From assembly GCA_018302815.1 (NCBI GenBank), contig JAGVZE010000015.1:2328-66327 (forward strand): a DNA stretch of 64,000 bases, given 5' to 3'. This document shows positions 54,219 through 64,000 of the stretch, one piece after another; within the stretch, counting starts at the first letter, position 1, and every line of letters begins with the position of its first letter. Under the pieces are notes generated by a model. That model was given only the letters and a program-made list of their open reading frames with translations. It did no database searches and was not told where the DNA came from. The translations under genes were made by a program, and so were the position numbers. The stretch comes from Candidatus Woesearchaeota archaeon. Its GTDB lineage: Archaea > Nanobdellota > Nanobdellia > Woesearchaeales > ARS49.

Positions 54219-57200
54219 CATTCGGCGCAGAAACATCCTGCGCGATAACTGTGAAATTCGCGCTCAGGAACGTCTGCTTCGGGAATGTTATCGTCTTTGC
54301 AGTTCTGTTCACCACGCTCTCATTAGTTATGTTGAAAGTTCCTGTCGAATTCGTGATAGCCACAAAGAATACGAAATCGCTGTCATTGCCCGGTATGTAC
54401 GCGGAATAATCCGTGAAAACAGTCACGTTCTCGATTCGCACGTTTGCAGTGAATATGGTGAACACGCTGATGTCCCATCGTTTCAATCCTGTGGTGTTTA
54501 CCGCCAAAAGCTCGTCATCACGCAGAGCATCCTTGTGCCTAACTTCAGCAGTTTCATTCACTATGGTGAATGGCGGCACAACTTCAGTGTCATACACTAT
54601 AACATCGTCAGTTAGGACTGTCACAAGCTCAGGAGCTCCAAGCGACGCGTTATCAGTCGCCCATAACTGGCCTGTTGAATTATAAACACGCACTGTGTTG
54701 TTAATCACGCTTGGCTTGTATTGAGAGAGAGTCTCCAAAACGTTGAAATATCTAAGGAAAAGCGACGTATTCAACGAATTATTCAGCTGAGCGGTGTGAT
54801 TTATTGTAATGTTCAGCGTGCTTTGCGGCCCCATGGTGTAGTTTGGCTCTGACTGCCTAAACGCAATCTGCGTCGCTGTGATCTGCGATGGCTGGGCGTG
54901 GAATACTTCAATGCTTGCCGGCTCATCCGAATAGTTATAGAATAATGTCACGTTGATTGTAGTGTTCGACAAAAGGAGCGGCGAGGCGCTGCACCTGACG
55001 CTTAGCGCAAGGAAATTGTTCTGGTCTATCGTGGCTCCATTTATTGAGACGTTCTGCTCGATCACGCTCGGAGAGGTTGAAGCGGTTGAATTTCCGCAGG
55101 ACTCAAAAATATTCTCCAAATTCGTGTTGAGAATGTGGAAGCATAACTGCGGATCGCACGTGTCGTTTTGTGAAACAGACAAATTCAGCCTCAATGCCGC
55201 GTTTCCAAGGAAAGTGTAAACCCTCAGGAAGCTGCAGTTCACATCAGTGTTTGAGCCGCAGAAGAAAAAGTCCGCCAGCGAAACATTCGTCGCGTTCGGC
55301 GAGAGAGCGACTTCAAATGAACGATTCAGCACAGTCGAAGTGTTAGGCTCATCTTTAGATAACCACGTGGTAGAGTTCGATATATTGCTCCCATCGCCTC
55401 CGAAAAGAATGTTGCGCGTCTCTATCAGGTAATTGAGCCAGATGATATTCGCGCTTGTCGAGTTCGTCGCATTTGAATAACTCGCGTCAGAGCACGTTGC
55501 AGTGAAGCTCGTGTTCGCAAATTCTCTGAACGTGTCCAGCGAGCCAGTATAGTTGCCTGTGCTCGCGTTGAACGTCAGCGCAGTTGTGATTGCGGTGTTA
55601 TTTGAAACTACTGAACACGTTCCTGTGCTTATCGAACTATTAGTCAAAACGTCAAAGAAGCGAACCTGGAACGGTATGTAAAATTTGATGCCAAAGTCAG
55701 GATTCTCCTCTGCGGTCGCGGCAGTTCCTTGCAGATACGTCGTCTGATTAATTGAAATCGCAAGCGCGCTCAATCCGGTCACGGTAAAGTTTGTCTGCGC
55801 AGTGTTATTGACATTTCCGAACGTGTCATTCGCTATGAACGTCACATTGTACGTTCCGGCGATGGAGGGAATGACAAAAGAGGCGTTGAAATACGAACCG
55901 CTCAAATTCGTAAGGTTCACAACGTAAATTGTTCCATTCGGGAATGTGATGTTCGCGGTGACGTTTTCTATCGCGTAGTTATCGGTAACATTGGCAGCTA
56001 TCTCTATTGTGCTTGCGGCGGAAAATGACGAATTCACCGCAGGACTTATCGCAGTCACTTGAGGGTAAATCAAGTCAACAACATTGAACGTCCTTGAAGT
56101 CACAAGAGAATTATCGGATGAATCGTAAACAAATATCGTCCAAGTGCCAAGATTATGCGATATGTTCGTCGCGAGCTCATCATCAACAGTCCCGTTAACA
56201 TCCACTGAAATGTTCGCGCTAGTCCTTGTTTGATTCACACCATCGAACCACACAAAGAAAATACTCGATATACCCTGCAAGTTGAATGAGCGAGCGTAAA
56301 TCGTGCTGAAAATCTCAAAAGACTCGGAAAGTGTGGTTCGCGCGGAATCATTGAAGACCGAAACACCGCGCGGAGTAGTGTTTATAGTGATATTGCGAGA
56401 AATGGCAGAATCCACTGATGAATTCGCGAACACACGGGTGAATTCATTATCGCTCAAGGTAACATTGTTCGGAACATCAATACGCACATACAACGTGCTT
56501 TTGCCGCCGAATGGAGCTAATGATCCAACGTCCACAACCGTGTCGCCATCAGTGTCGGTGAGCGCGACAAAATCATCATTAACAAATGTCGCGTTCCAGC
56601 CTTCTATTTGATTGAAGCTGAAATCTATTGCGTCGGACTGATTTCCATTATTTGTGACATTCAATTGGAAATAATTCCTTGTGCCTGCAGTTACTGATGT
56701 GGTGTAGTTTTGGACAAGGATCAATCTATCAAGAATGGTCGTGGTCATCGTGGCATTCGTGAAAATAGCAGAATTGACTGAAGAATTCAATCTGATCGTA
56801 GTGGTATCATTTGTGCCTATGCTTGTTCCCCCTGGGACTTGGATGCGAACAATGATATTTTTTGAATCACCAAAAGTCATGCTGCCAGTGTCTATACTTC
56901 CATCACTGTTCGTGTCAGTTAGTAGAGTGCCGTTCGCGAAAAGAACGGTGATGGTCCAGTTATTGGCGGATGTCGTGTTCACATTCAAAATATCGCTGAA
57001 CGCCTGGAAATTGTACACGGTGAAATTGAATGATACGCTAAGGCCCGCTGAGCCGTTAGCGGACTGATTTTTTGGACTGATGGCGATATCGCTGCTAACT
57101 GTCGTAATATCAGTCACGGTTTTGTTATCTCCGCTTGAAGCGGCAGTGATGTTTCTTGTATCAACAGTACCAGTAGTTGCTGAAACTGGGACATTTAGTC

Positions 57201-59601
57201 GCACTATGAGTGTCGTGAAATTGTCAGCGCCCAAATTCAGATTCGGCCGGCCGTTAGCATCGCTATCCGTGATGATTGATTCATTCGCAAAAGGATAGAA
57301 AAACGTCGCATTCCACGTTTGCGTGGAGGAGTTCATCAATTGAACAACTGTTTGATTATTTCCGCAGTTCATCAAGTCATGCGCGTAAAACACAGTGGTC
57401 CCGTTCCTAACCGCTTTCGCCTGATCTGGCCTGAACAAAAGGAACGAGCTTGACGCAACAAGAACCCCGCCCACGTTATCCTGCAATTGGGTTGGAAGAT
57501 TCGTTCCAGAGCCCTGTCCAACAGCAGCTTTGAAGTTGAGAGGTGAAGGACCTGAGAAACCCAAACTGCTCCAGGGAATTCGTCCTTCGAGTTCAGTTCC
57601 TGCAAGAGAACCTCCAGTTATGCCGCTTTCGACTGTTGTGTTGAGCGCGATTCCTCCAGGCATATCAAATCCATCACCAAGCATAGGATCAGATGTATTT
57701 GCAGGCAAATAATTGTACACATCAGAATCGTAATTTCGCGTTGAACCGCTCCAGACGAATTTCGCCACTCTGTCGGTCGCACTCATCGCGGCATCGAGAT
57801 TCTTGTCCACGTAGACTATGGCGGAAATTTGATTCCTTCCGAATGCTAAACGACCGAAATAAAAGTACAAGTTTGTGTTATCATACGTGTACGCGAATTT
57901 GGTCATATCCCTATCAGACGTTCCGGGCACGTCAGGATCGCCCTGAAGCAATGTAAGATCAGTCACAAAATTATTCGGATTTGTAAGAACGCCATCCCAA
58001 TCGGTCAGTACACCATTTATAGTTATATTCGCGGTCGTCACTGATCCTGCAGACCCGCTAATTTCAGAACAAGAAGGGACTATGCTGTCAATCACTGATA
58101 AAGTGGTTGAGCTAGTACTATTGGATCCGCTTGTATCATTGAAGTGTAAAGTGTAATTCCAAAGCCCCAAGAAAAACGTATTTGGAGTTATCACTATATC
58201 CTGCCCCGAAGTCCACGATCTTGGACCATCAAAAACAGTGCCATTTCTGGTCACCGTGTACGTTCCGCCTGTTCCATTAAGCTGCCAGCGAATCGAGGCA
58301 TCACTTCCAATCTCCACTGTCTGATTCGCAGGACTTGAAGATCCTAGCGATTGAGATGAATATGACACATTGAAAAAGAAAACGTCCCATTCAATATCCT
58401 TGTTTCCTCCGACAGTACGCTGAAGCTCCGCGTACGCCTGAGAATCATTATTGCCTGATCCGAAGAAGTTCGCGCAAGTCCAACTTTTTGAAGCAGTCAC
58501 GTTTTGGCATACAATTCCCGGATTCGCAGAAACACCAGGACAAGTGGTGTTCACCGCGGTGAAATTAGTTCCATTCTGATTACTGACTGCGATAGTGCAG
58601 TTCACAGGAGAAAGACCGGTAGCTCCCCACCATTCAATACAAAGCGATACGCTTTGAATGGACTGGCAATCAGCAATGCTTGAGTTGCGCTGAACAAATC
58701 TTACTCCGCCGAAAGCGTTCGCGTTGCTTGCCTGATGAATCTCAGTCAAACCATCATTGCAGCGCAGCAAATCAGCTCCCGCCCCGCAAGCGGCTGAAGG
58801 ATAAACACCATCACACGCAGTCGACCAAGCATTCGAAGCCACCAAGTCCTCTGCGACGCACGTCGTGATGCTTTCGGCAAAACCGGGATCGTCAGCCGTC
58901 AAAATAAACGAGTATTCTTCGCCCGGTACGATGTCCATCAATTTCACCCATTCGCCCAAGCAACTTTGAGAAGCAAAATCCCACTCCTTGCATTTGTGAA
59001 GAACAGTTCCCTTCGCCAACGCAGTCACAATTCCACTGCTAAAATTCAGAGAAGTCGGATTTATAGCGTACACTTCTTTGAATCGAGCTAATTCGCCTGT
59101 TTCTTGAACATCGTCAATGCCAATAACATCATTCTCTTCGCTTGTCAAGAACGCATCATACAATTCAATTTTTTGAATGGACATTCTTTGCGGCTCTAAA
59201 ACGACATCATATATTCCGCTTTGGACGCTACGAGCGCTTCGCGAAACGCGCACGTTTCCTAGGATGGCTTCTTGCCTGCTATTTTTCATCGTAAGCAAAG
59301 GCGTATCGGGCTTCGGATTTGTTTCGCTCGCGGCAGTAGAAAGAGCAGTAAGATCGTCGATAGAGCATTTTTCGCATTGAATGTCAACAGACTCGTTCAA
59401 ATCAGCGATTGTTTGACCGGTAATAGTATCAAAGTTTGATATTGCGACAAGACTGCCTATGAATAATATTGCAAGAAGTAAAACATGAGTGAACTTGAAT
59501 CGTTTTTTAGAATAATCACTAGCTTGAGATACTCTCGCGTCTCTTTTTTCATAAACATACTGATTAGTATGCTCGTCCATATACTCTTTTTGATGCGCCA
59601 C
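54145..59601 (-). CDS. giant surface adhesin-like protein, N-terminal portion (signal anchor plus repeat modules)
   Basis: N-terminal signal anchor (FKFTHVLLLAILFIGSLVAISNF). 1818 aa of beta-rich Asn/Thr/Ser-rich sequence with the same ANITFPNGT/VTDN modules as the downstream ORF. Together the two parts give about 3,330 aa. Confidence 0.75.
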   Translation of the reverse strand: MAHQKEYMDEHTNQYVYEKRDARVSQASDYSKKRFKFTHVLLLAILFIGSLVAISNFDTITGQTIADLNESVDIQCEKCSIDDLTALSTAASETNPKPDTPLLTMKNSRQEAILGNVRVSRSARSVQSGIYDVVLEPQRMSIQKIELYDAFLTSEENDVIGIDDVQETGELARFKEVYAINPTSLNFSSGIVTALAKGTVLHKCKEWDFASQSCLGEWVKLMDIVPGEEYSFILTADDPGFAESITTCVAEDLVASNAWSTACDGVYPSAACGAGADLLRCNDGLTEIHQASNANAFGGVRFVQRNSSIADCQSIQSVSLCIEWWGATGLSPVNCTIAVSNQNGTNFTAVNTTCPGVSANPGIVCQNVTASKSWTCANFFGSGNNDSQAYAELQRTVGGNKDIEWDVFFFNVSYSSQSLGSSSPANQTVEIGSDASIRWQLNGTGGTYTVTRNGTVFDGPRSWTSGQDIVITPNTFFLGLWNYTLHFNDTSGSNSTSSTTLSVIDSIVPSCSEISGSAGSVTTANITINGVLTDWDGVLTNPNNFVTDLTLLQGDPDVPGTSDRDMTKFAYTYDNTNLYFYFGRLAFGRNQISAIVYVDKNLDAAMSATDRVAKFVWSGSTRNYDSDVYNYLPANTSDPMLGDGFDMPGGIALNTTVESGITGGSLAGTELEGRIPWSSLGFSGPSPLNFKAAVGQGSGTNLPTQLQDNVGGVLVASSSFLLFRPDQAKAVRNGTTVFYAHDLMNCGNNQTVVQLMNSSTQTWNATFFYPFANESIITDSDANGRPNLNLGADNFTTLIVRLNVPVSATTGTVDTRNITAASSGDNKTVTDITTVSSDIAISPKNQSANGSAGLSVSFNFTVYNFQAFSDILNVNTTSANNWTITVLFANGTLLTDTNSDGSIDTGSMTFGDSKNIIVRIQVPGGTSIGTNDTTTIRLNSSVNSAIFTNATMTTTILDRLILVQNYTTSVTAGTRNYFQLNVTNNGNQSDAIDFSFNQIEGWNATFVNDDFVALTDTDGDTVVDVGSLAPFGGKSTLYVRIDVPNNVTLSDNEFTRVFANSSVDSAISRNITINTTPRGVSVFNDSARTTLSESFEIFSTIYARSFNLQGISSIFFVWFDGVNQTRTSANISVDVNGTVDDELATNISHNLGTWTIFVYDSSDNSLVTSRTFNVVDLIYPQVTAISPAVNSSFSAASTIEIAANVTDNYAIENVTANITFPNGTIYVVNLTNLSGSYFNASFVIPSIAGTYNVTFIANDTFGNVNNTAQTNFTVTGLSALAISINQTTYLQGTAATAEENPDFGIKFYIPFQVRFFDVLTNSSISTGTCSVVSNNTAITTALTFNASTGNYTGSLDTFREFANTSFTATCSDASYSNATNSTSANIIWLNYLIETRNILFGGDGSNISNSTTWLSKDEPNTSTVLNRSFEVALSPNATNVSLADFFFCGSNTDVNCSFLRVYTFLGNAALRLNLSVSQNDTCDPQLCFHILNTNLENIFESCGNSTASTSPSVIEQNVSINGATIDQNNFLALSVRCSASPLLLSNTTINVTLFYNYSDEPASIEVFHAQPSQITATQIAFRQSEPNYTMGPQSTLNITINHTAQLNNSLNTSLFLRYFNVLETLSQYKPSVINNTVRVYNSTGQLWATDNASLGAPELVTVLTDDVIVYDTEVVPPFTIVNETAEVRHKDALRDDELLAVNTTGLKRWDISVFTIFTANVRIENVTVFTDYSAYIPGNDSDFVFFVAITNSTGTFNITNESVVNRTAKTITFPKQTFLSANFTVIAQDVSAPNVTNITTSPASPITTQTLRQVLLRR

Positions 59602-59756
59602 TATGTACTACGCATTTACCCGTATACCCCCTTTTTAGTGCGTTAAATGTATTATTCCTTTATAAATTGTTGTGCTTGCGCGTACAACTTCAGAATTCAA
59701 CGTACTGGTTATTTAGCCGTTAACATTTGTTTATATCTTCACGTAGCATCTCTTTC

Positions 59757-60542
59757 TTAATCGAGACCGCACAATCTGCTCCCTGCAAGCTGGGCATATG
59801 CCTGAATGCCTGCCTCGTGCTTCAACGGATAGGGCCCTTCGCCTGAAACCAGAATTGCCATGCCCTTCTCTTTATGAATAAGGTCCGCAAGAGTGTGTTT
59901 ATCCAGCCCAAATTCGCAACGCCTTCGAACCTTTGCCATCATTTCGAGCCTTTTCACAGGGTTATCATCTTGCTCAATTATCCTTGCCCTATCAACTTCA
60001 AGAGAATCTTTAGTCACGACATCTTGCTCTATGATGTAGAGCGCACCATCAGTCTCTTCGTTCTCCTGCAAGAAAACTTTCATCTTGACAGTTTCGCCAT
60101 TTGCAAGCATCTCATCGAGCGAGCCGAATACGCGGGCGAAGTAGCGAGTTGTATTCAAGACATTGTTCCATTCATCAATTTTGCTTTCTTCCAACTTTTT
60201 CAATTTGTCAAGAAGCGCACCCATAACGTATTTATCATGCTCTTCAAGCGATATGTGCGCAAGTTCGTAGAGTTTCTTTCTCTCTTTATTAATATCCAAT
60301 TGATTTTTTCTCATCGTGCACCCCAGCAGGTGGCCTGCCACAGCGGATATCAGTCCTCCCGCATAAACACCGATATATTCGGGAGCAAGAGCGAAAATAG
60401 GAAGCGCGCCTATCGCGCAAATACCTGCCTGTTTGTAATCAACTTTTTCAACCCAATGCCCGTGCGCGAACCCGGCGCAGAATCCTGTGAACATGCCTGC
60501 GGCAATCCATGCCTCTTCAGACACGCGTGAACCTCGCGTCAA
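59757..60542 (-). CDS. hypothetical membrane protein (N-terminal 2-3 TM plus soluble domain)
   Basis: 261 aa. Last gene of a five-gene same-strand cluster upstream of the giant surface gene. Confidence 0.4.
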   Translation of the reverse strand: MTRGSRVSEEAWIAAGMFTGFCAGFAHGHWVEKVDYKQAGICAIGALPIFALAPEYIGVYAGGLISAVAGHLLGCTMRKNQLDINKERKKLYELAHISLEEHDKYVMGALLDKLKKLEESKIDEWNNVLNTTRYFARVFGSLDEMLANGETVKMKVFLQENEETDGALYIIEQDVVTKDSLEVDRARIIEQDDNPVKRLEMMAKVRRRCEFGLDKHTLADLIHKEKGMAILVSGEGPYPLKHEAGIQAYAQLAGSRLCGLD

Positions 60543-61245
60543 GATCGTACAGTTGAAGACCGGACGATTTCATTTGGTCCTCTGCCAGCAGGCGGGCTAT
60601 CGCGAGCAAACACTGGCGGTCTTCATCCTTGACAACACTCATCATATTCTGCACCCGAAGATAGACCACATCGTCTTGCGTGCGTCTTCGTTCAGGATTG
60701 AACGTGAGAGTTATCCTATCGGACTGAGATTTGAGGCTATTGTCCTTTTTGCTTAGCGGGCCGTTCATGGTGGTGTCGTACCACGCGTAAATCCTATCAA
60801 GAAGATGTTTGTCATCATCGATAGCGACAACAAGCCCCTGGAGCTTTTTCTCATCGCGAAGAAAATCGTACAGAATTTCCGCCCTAAATCGTTCCGTGCT
60901 CTTTCCAACTTCGCTTTGCATTTTGCAAATATCTATTATCGATCCTAAATTTTTTGAGCCATTCCTGAATTTATCAAGCATCCTTGAAATCTCAAAAGAA
61001 TCCTCAACGCTAAAATCATCATATTTGCCTTCGTGCAATTGGTAAATTCCGAGCGCAAGTTTTCTAACTTCGAGTTTTCGGCCTTCACCTTCATACTTGC
61101 CAGTAATATCCGGACAGCGGTTCAATTCCTCGGAAAAAATATCATCCCACGATTTGCCGGCAGCGTATCCGAACGAACCAAAACGCACTCCAGCACGTTT
61201 TCGAGCGTTAGAATACCCTCTTGGGCTTAGCGTGATTATCGTCAC
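60517..61245 (-). CDS. hypothetical soluble protein
   Basis: 242 aa, no motif. Overlaps the downstream gene by 26 nt. Confidence 0.4.
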   Translation of the reverse strand: MTIITLSPRGYSNARKRAGVRFGSFGYAAGKSWDDIFSEELNRCPDITGKYEGEGRKLEVRKLALGIYQLHEGKYDDFSVEDSFEISRMLDKFRNGSKNLGSIIDICKMQSEVGKSTERFRAEILYDFLRDEKKLQGLVVAIDDDKHLLDRIYAWYDTTMNGPLSKKDNSLKSQSDRITLTFNPERRRTQDDVVYLRVQNMMSVVKDEDRQCLLAIARLLAEDQMKSSGLQLYDLDARFTRV

Positions 61246-61315
61246 TTAAGACAGCAAAGGCGTTCACGTATAAAAATGATGTGACAAAAAACGTCAAATT
61301 GGGCACAGTTTATTC

Positions 61316-62353
61316 TCAAATAAATTCTATGCGTTTCAACAGCTCCAGATGATCGGCCTTGGCCAGCTGCTTTTTGAACTCATAGTTGCAGGTTTTCGAA
61401 AGCGCGTCACGCTCTTGCTCCAGTGAATGGATCCGCTCGCTCGCTGCTTTGTCTGTTTTCAAATACCAACCGCTGCATTCTTTTGATAAAGCGCGCTCGC
61501 TATCCTGCTGGTGCGCCTTCACTTCCTCGCGGATTCCTCGATAGTCAGCTTTTGCGTATTTTGTGACTTCAAGATTACCTTTGAACCGCAACGTCATGAA
61601 CTGAAACCTATCAATATGCGCTCCGGACTGACACGGAAAGGTTATTTCTGGACTGTGACAGTCCGGAGCTCTTGTCAGCATGCTCTTGTTTCCAATCTTG
61701 TACTGCCTGCCCGCAGGATTGTTCGATGGGCTCACGAGCTCTTTTATCGTCCCTAAAGGAATTGATAACAGTATCAGCGGCGCCATAAATTTGTAAAGAC
61801 CACTGCGATCAGGGTCCTCGTAGCCAAGCATTCCGCGGATCATCATATAAGGAACATTGATCGGCCAGATGAGCGTGTATACCGCAGTCATGCCGAATAC
61901 AACTGCGCCGTCTTTCACGGTTGACCAGTCAGGCTTTTTCATCCAATCAAGAAAACCGCTCTCCCTGATGTCAAGATTCGCAGTCATCTGCTCATAGCAG
62001 TTTGAAATCTCCTGTTCAATGCTGGCGTGTCTTGTCTGTGTTGAAGTTGTAACCCCTCTCGCGGCAAGTTCCATCTCCGGCGAAAAATGTTCAGCTCGCT
62101 CCAAGAAGAGATTCTGTGCGGGCAATCGTGCGTCGTATCTATTATTCAACTTTGAAGTGTCAAGCACACAATATCTCACTTTCGTTCCTTCGACTTCTTT
62201 AACGCCAACGATGTTGTTTTCTTCGTCAGTGATCGGTTGTTCATATCGGTGCGGAACTTTCTCGTACGCAATCGCAGAGCCATTTGTGAGTTCGACAATC
62301 ACTCCTTCTGTTCCAACCTTTGTGATTTTCTGCACTTTTTCAGTCAAGCTCAT
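61316..62353 (-). CDS. hypothetical two-TM protein, paralog A (MSLTEKV family)
   Basis: N-terminus MSLTEKVQKITKVGTEGVIVELTNGSAIAYEK is near-identical (about 70% at nucleotide level) to the N-terminus of the gene immediately upstream. Central TM hairpin between two soluble domains. Confidence 0.5.
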   Translation of the reverse strand: MSLTEKVQKITKVGTEGVIVELTNGSAIAYEKVPHRYEQPITDEENNIVGVKEVEGTKVRYCVLDTSKLNNRYDARLPAQNLFLERAEHFSPEMELAARGVTTSTQTRHASIEQEISNCYEQMTANLDIRESGFLDWMKKPDWSTVKDGAVVFGMTAVYTLIWPINVPYMMIRGMLGYEDPDRSGLYKFMAPLILLSIPLGTIKELVSPSNNPAGRQYKIGNKSMLTRAPDCHSPEITFPCQSGAHIDRFQFMTLRFKGNLEVTKYAKADYRGIREEVKAHQQDSERALSKECSGWYLKTDKAASERIHSLEQERDALSKTCNYEFKKQLAKADHLELLKRIEFI

Positions 62354-63345
62354 TTTAGTCCTCCTGTAACTTTGATCAAAGCATAATGCTCTTCTTTTGA
62401 GATGCTTCGTTCGAATTCGTAGAATCTTTCGATCAATGCGTCACGTTCATTAATAGTTCCATACAGTTGAGCCTTCACATCCTGATCGATTTTAAAGAAC
62501 CATTTTGCGCTCTTAAAATCATTGAACTTTTCCTTGTGCGCGTAGACTTGCCGGCCTTCACTGCAGTAGATTGTGTTTGCCTGCCTTGCCTGTTTCTTGC
62601 CATCATATAGGCTTAAACCGTCAGGAAGAACTATTGAATACGTATCGAACTGCTTTGGAGTTCCACGATCATCGTATTTGAAGATTAGCGCCGCAGCATC
62701 ATAGCTTTTGGTTTTACTTAAGGCCTTTTTATTCTGTACGCGATAAGCAGTTTTTGTTGGATTGATAAGTTCTGCAATCGAATGGTAAATCACTTGCGGC
62801 AAAGCCAGCGGAGCCAAAATTATCGCGGTTCCTAACGCGTTCGCCGCCTGCGATGGATTCATAAAATAATACGAAATCATCGCGGTAGGAGCTGCTATTG
62901 GCCAAATGGCCGTGAGCCCTGCGAAAGCGGCAACATTCAATGCGATTTCTTTCCATTGCCTGCGCGCGAACTTTTCTATCTGCAGGGGCTTCACTATAGA
63001 ATCATAGCACGACTCAATAGTTTTCTCCAGCTCGGCGTGCTTTTTTTGAGCAGACGTCACTGGCTTTTGCAGATATCTCTCAAAAGATTCTGAAAACTTG
63101 CCTTCTCGTTCTGGACCAAGACTTCTGTTGATTCCACAGTCAATCGAAGGACCCAAGACAAGGTACGATAAAGTGTTCGCTTCAACACGATTCGTTCCAT
63201 CAACAAAACCATTATCATCTATTACGACATTTTCAACAGTCCTTGACCGTTTTTCATACGCGATGCCAAACCCATTGCAGAATTCAACAACCGCTCCATT
63301 TTTTCCAACCTTTGTGATTTTTCGCACTTTTTCTGTTAAGCTCAT
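62350..63345 (-). CDS. hypothetical two-TM protein, paralog B (MSLTEKV family)
   Basis: MSLTEKVRKITKVGKNGAVVEFCNGFGIAYEK N-terminus. Same domain layout as paralog A. ATGA overlap with paralog A. Confidence 0.5.
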   Translation of the reverse strand: MSLTEKVRKITKVGKNGAVVEFCNGFGIAYEKRSRTVENVVIDDNGFVDGTNRVEANTLSYLVLGPSIDCGINRSLGPEREGKFSESFERYLQKPVTSAQKKHAELEKTIESCYDSIVKPLQIEKFARRQWKEIALNVAAFAGLTAIWPIAAPTAMISYYFMNPSQAANALGTAIILAPLALPQVIYHSIAELINPTKTAYRVQNKKALSKTKSYDAAALIFKYDDRGTPKQFDTYSIVLPDGLSLYDGKKQARQANTIYCSEGRQVYAHKEKFNDFKSAKWFFKIDQDVKAQLYGTINERDALIERFYEFERSISKEEHYALIKVTGGLK

Positions 63346-63346
63346 T

Positions 63347-63994
63347 TTAGTCCTCCATTCCTATCTGTTTCAATATTTCCTTTTGATCTTCACTCTCAAC
63401 CAATCGGTCAAACTCGCGCCACTCCTGCCACAATTCTCGCTTTCGTTTCAACGAGGTATAGAGCGCGGTTTTCACTGCGGGGTCAATTGAGGTGTAAAAC
63501 TTTGATTCGCGGTACTGCGGATGTTCTTCTCCTTCGCGTCGGCGCTGTTCATCCACAAACTCGTTCGCTCCGATACGTGATATGCTCAATCCATCCGCGA
63601 ATGAGAGGTTCATATGCTCGAAACTTTCCGGCGTTCCGTAGAATTCAACCGCGGCGTCACCATCCTCGCAGGTTTTTTTCAATGCCTGCCTGTTTCCAAC
63701 CGATCCAACCGAGTAGTATTTTCCCGAGCCAGAGATAAGCTCTTTTCCAAGATGGTATGCGAATGAGATCGGGCTGAATAACGCCATCAGCGGCATCAAT
63801 GGATACAATGCCAGTCCGAGAGCGCCCGAGCCCATATGTTGGCCTTTCTTTGATTCTTTCATCAAGTAATACATGACAATTGGATACAGCGGGCAGGCTA
63901 GCGTAGCGACAGCGCCCATCGCTAATATGGATGTCATCTGTGCGAGACTTTCACCGATCGCGAAATCCCTGTATGTATGCTCCTTGACATCCAA
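63347..63994 (-). CDS. hypothetical membrane protein
   Basis: 215 aa with N-terminal TM helices and a charged C-terminal domain. Start is within 6 nt of the window end, so it may extend further. Confidence 0.4.
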   Translation of the reverse strand: MDVKEHTYRDFAIGESLAQMTSILAMGAVATLACPLYPIVMYYLMKESKKGQHMGSGALGLALYPLMPLMALFSPISFAYHLGKELISGSGKYYSVGSVGNRQALKKTCEDGDAAVEFYGTPESFEHMNLSFADGLSISRIGANEFVDEQRRREGEEHPQYRESKFYTSIDPAVKTALYTSLKRKRELWQEWREFDRLVESEDQKEILKQIGMED

Positions 63995-64000
63995 TGGCGC

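Noticed and set aside
49600-59600. Numerous 60-200-aa ORFs on the plus strand inside the giant surface-protein gene (for example 51195..51632, 52416..52907, 53780..54409, 56735..57067)
   Set aside because: They are antisense to a strongly coding, repeat-rich gene, share its repeats in reverse complement and lack start context. They are artefacts of low stop-codon density.

Overview
This 64 kb window reads as an archaeal chromosome segment, with DPANN-like character. It carries ribosomal protein L10e, four intronless archaeal-type tRNAs, two very large N-glycosylation-sequon-rich surface proteins, and many short membrane and Cys-rich proteins. I support about 80 coding regions. Recognisable functions include a HAD/ZIP/Nudix/YvcK block, two CcdA-type thiol-disulfide transporters, two convergent cation:proton antiporters, peroxiredoxin, MsrA, nitroreductase, a Ski2-like helicase and a DEAD-box helicase. 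There is also a PadR regulator with a MacB/FtsX-type ABC export module plus surface protein. A sulfur island holds rhodanese, a split YeeE/YedE pair, DUF2892 and a VKOR-type thioredoxin. A copper-handling island holds a Met/His-rich protein, DUF411, a polyferredoxin with a His-rich N-terminus and a membrane-tethered winged-helix regulator, next to class-2 dihydroorotate dehydrogenase and an FNR-like partner. The most unusual signals are non-coding. (1) A family of structured repeat units is physically attached to three tRNA genes (Ser-TGA, Glu-CTC, Ser-GGA). Each unit starts with an inverted copy of the tRNA T-loop and ends with a direct copy of that tRNA's 3' terminus, and the units share internal hairpin modules across loci; at tRNA-Glu there are three tandem units whose hairpin 2 differs by paired stem-side base changes. 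(2) Two interleaved, perfectly complementary 20-bp inverted-repeat pairs followed by a T-tract sit in front of a SAM-methyltransferase gene, consistent with a two-state RNA switch. (3) A roughly 10 kb giant adhesin-like gene is split by a 38-bp tandem duplication. (4) Three tandem zinc-ribbon paralogs overlap by one nucleotide at each stop/start junction. (5) A five-gene operon of unknown membrane proteins, including a recently duplicated paralog pair, lies upstream of the giant surface gene. No CRISPR array, rRNA or recognisable transposase or integrase was found.
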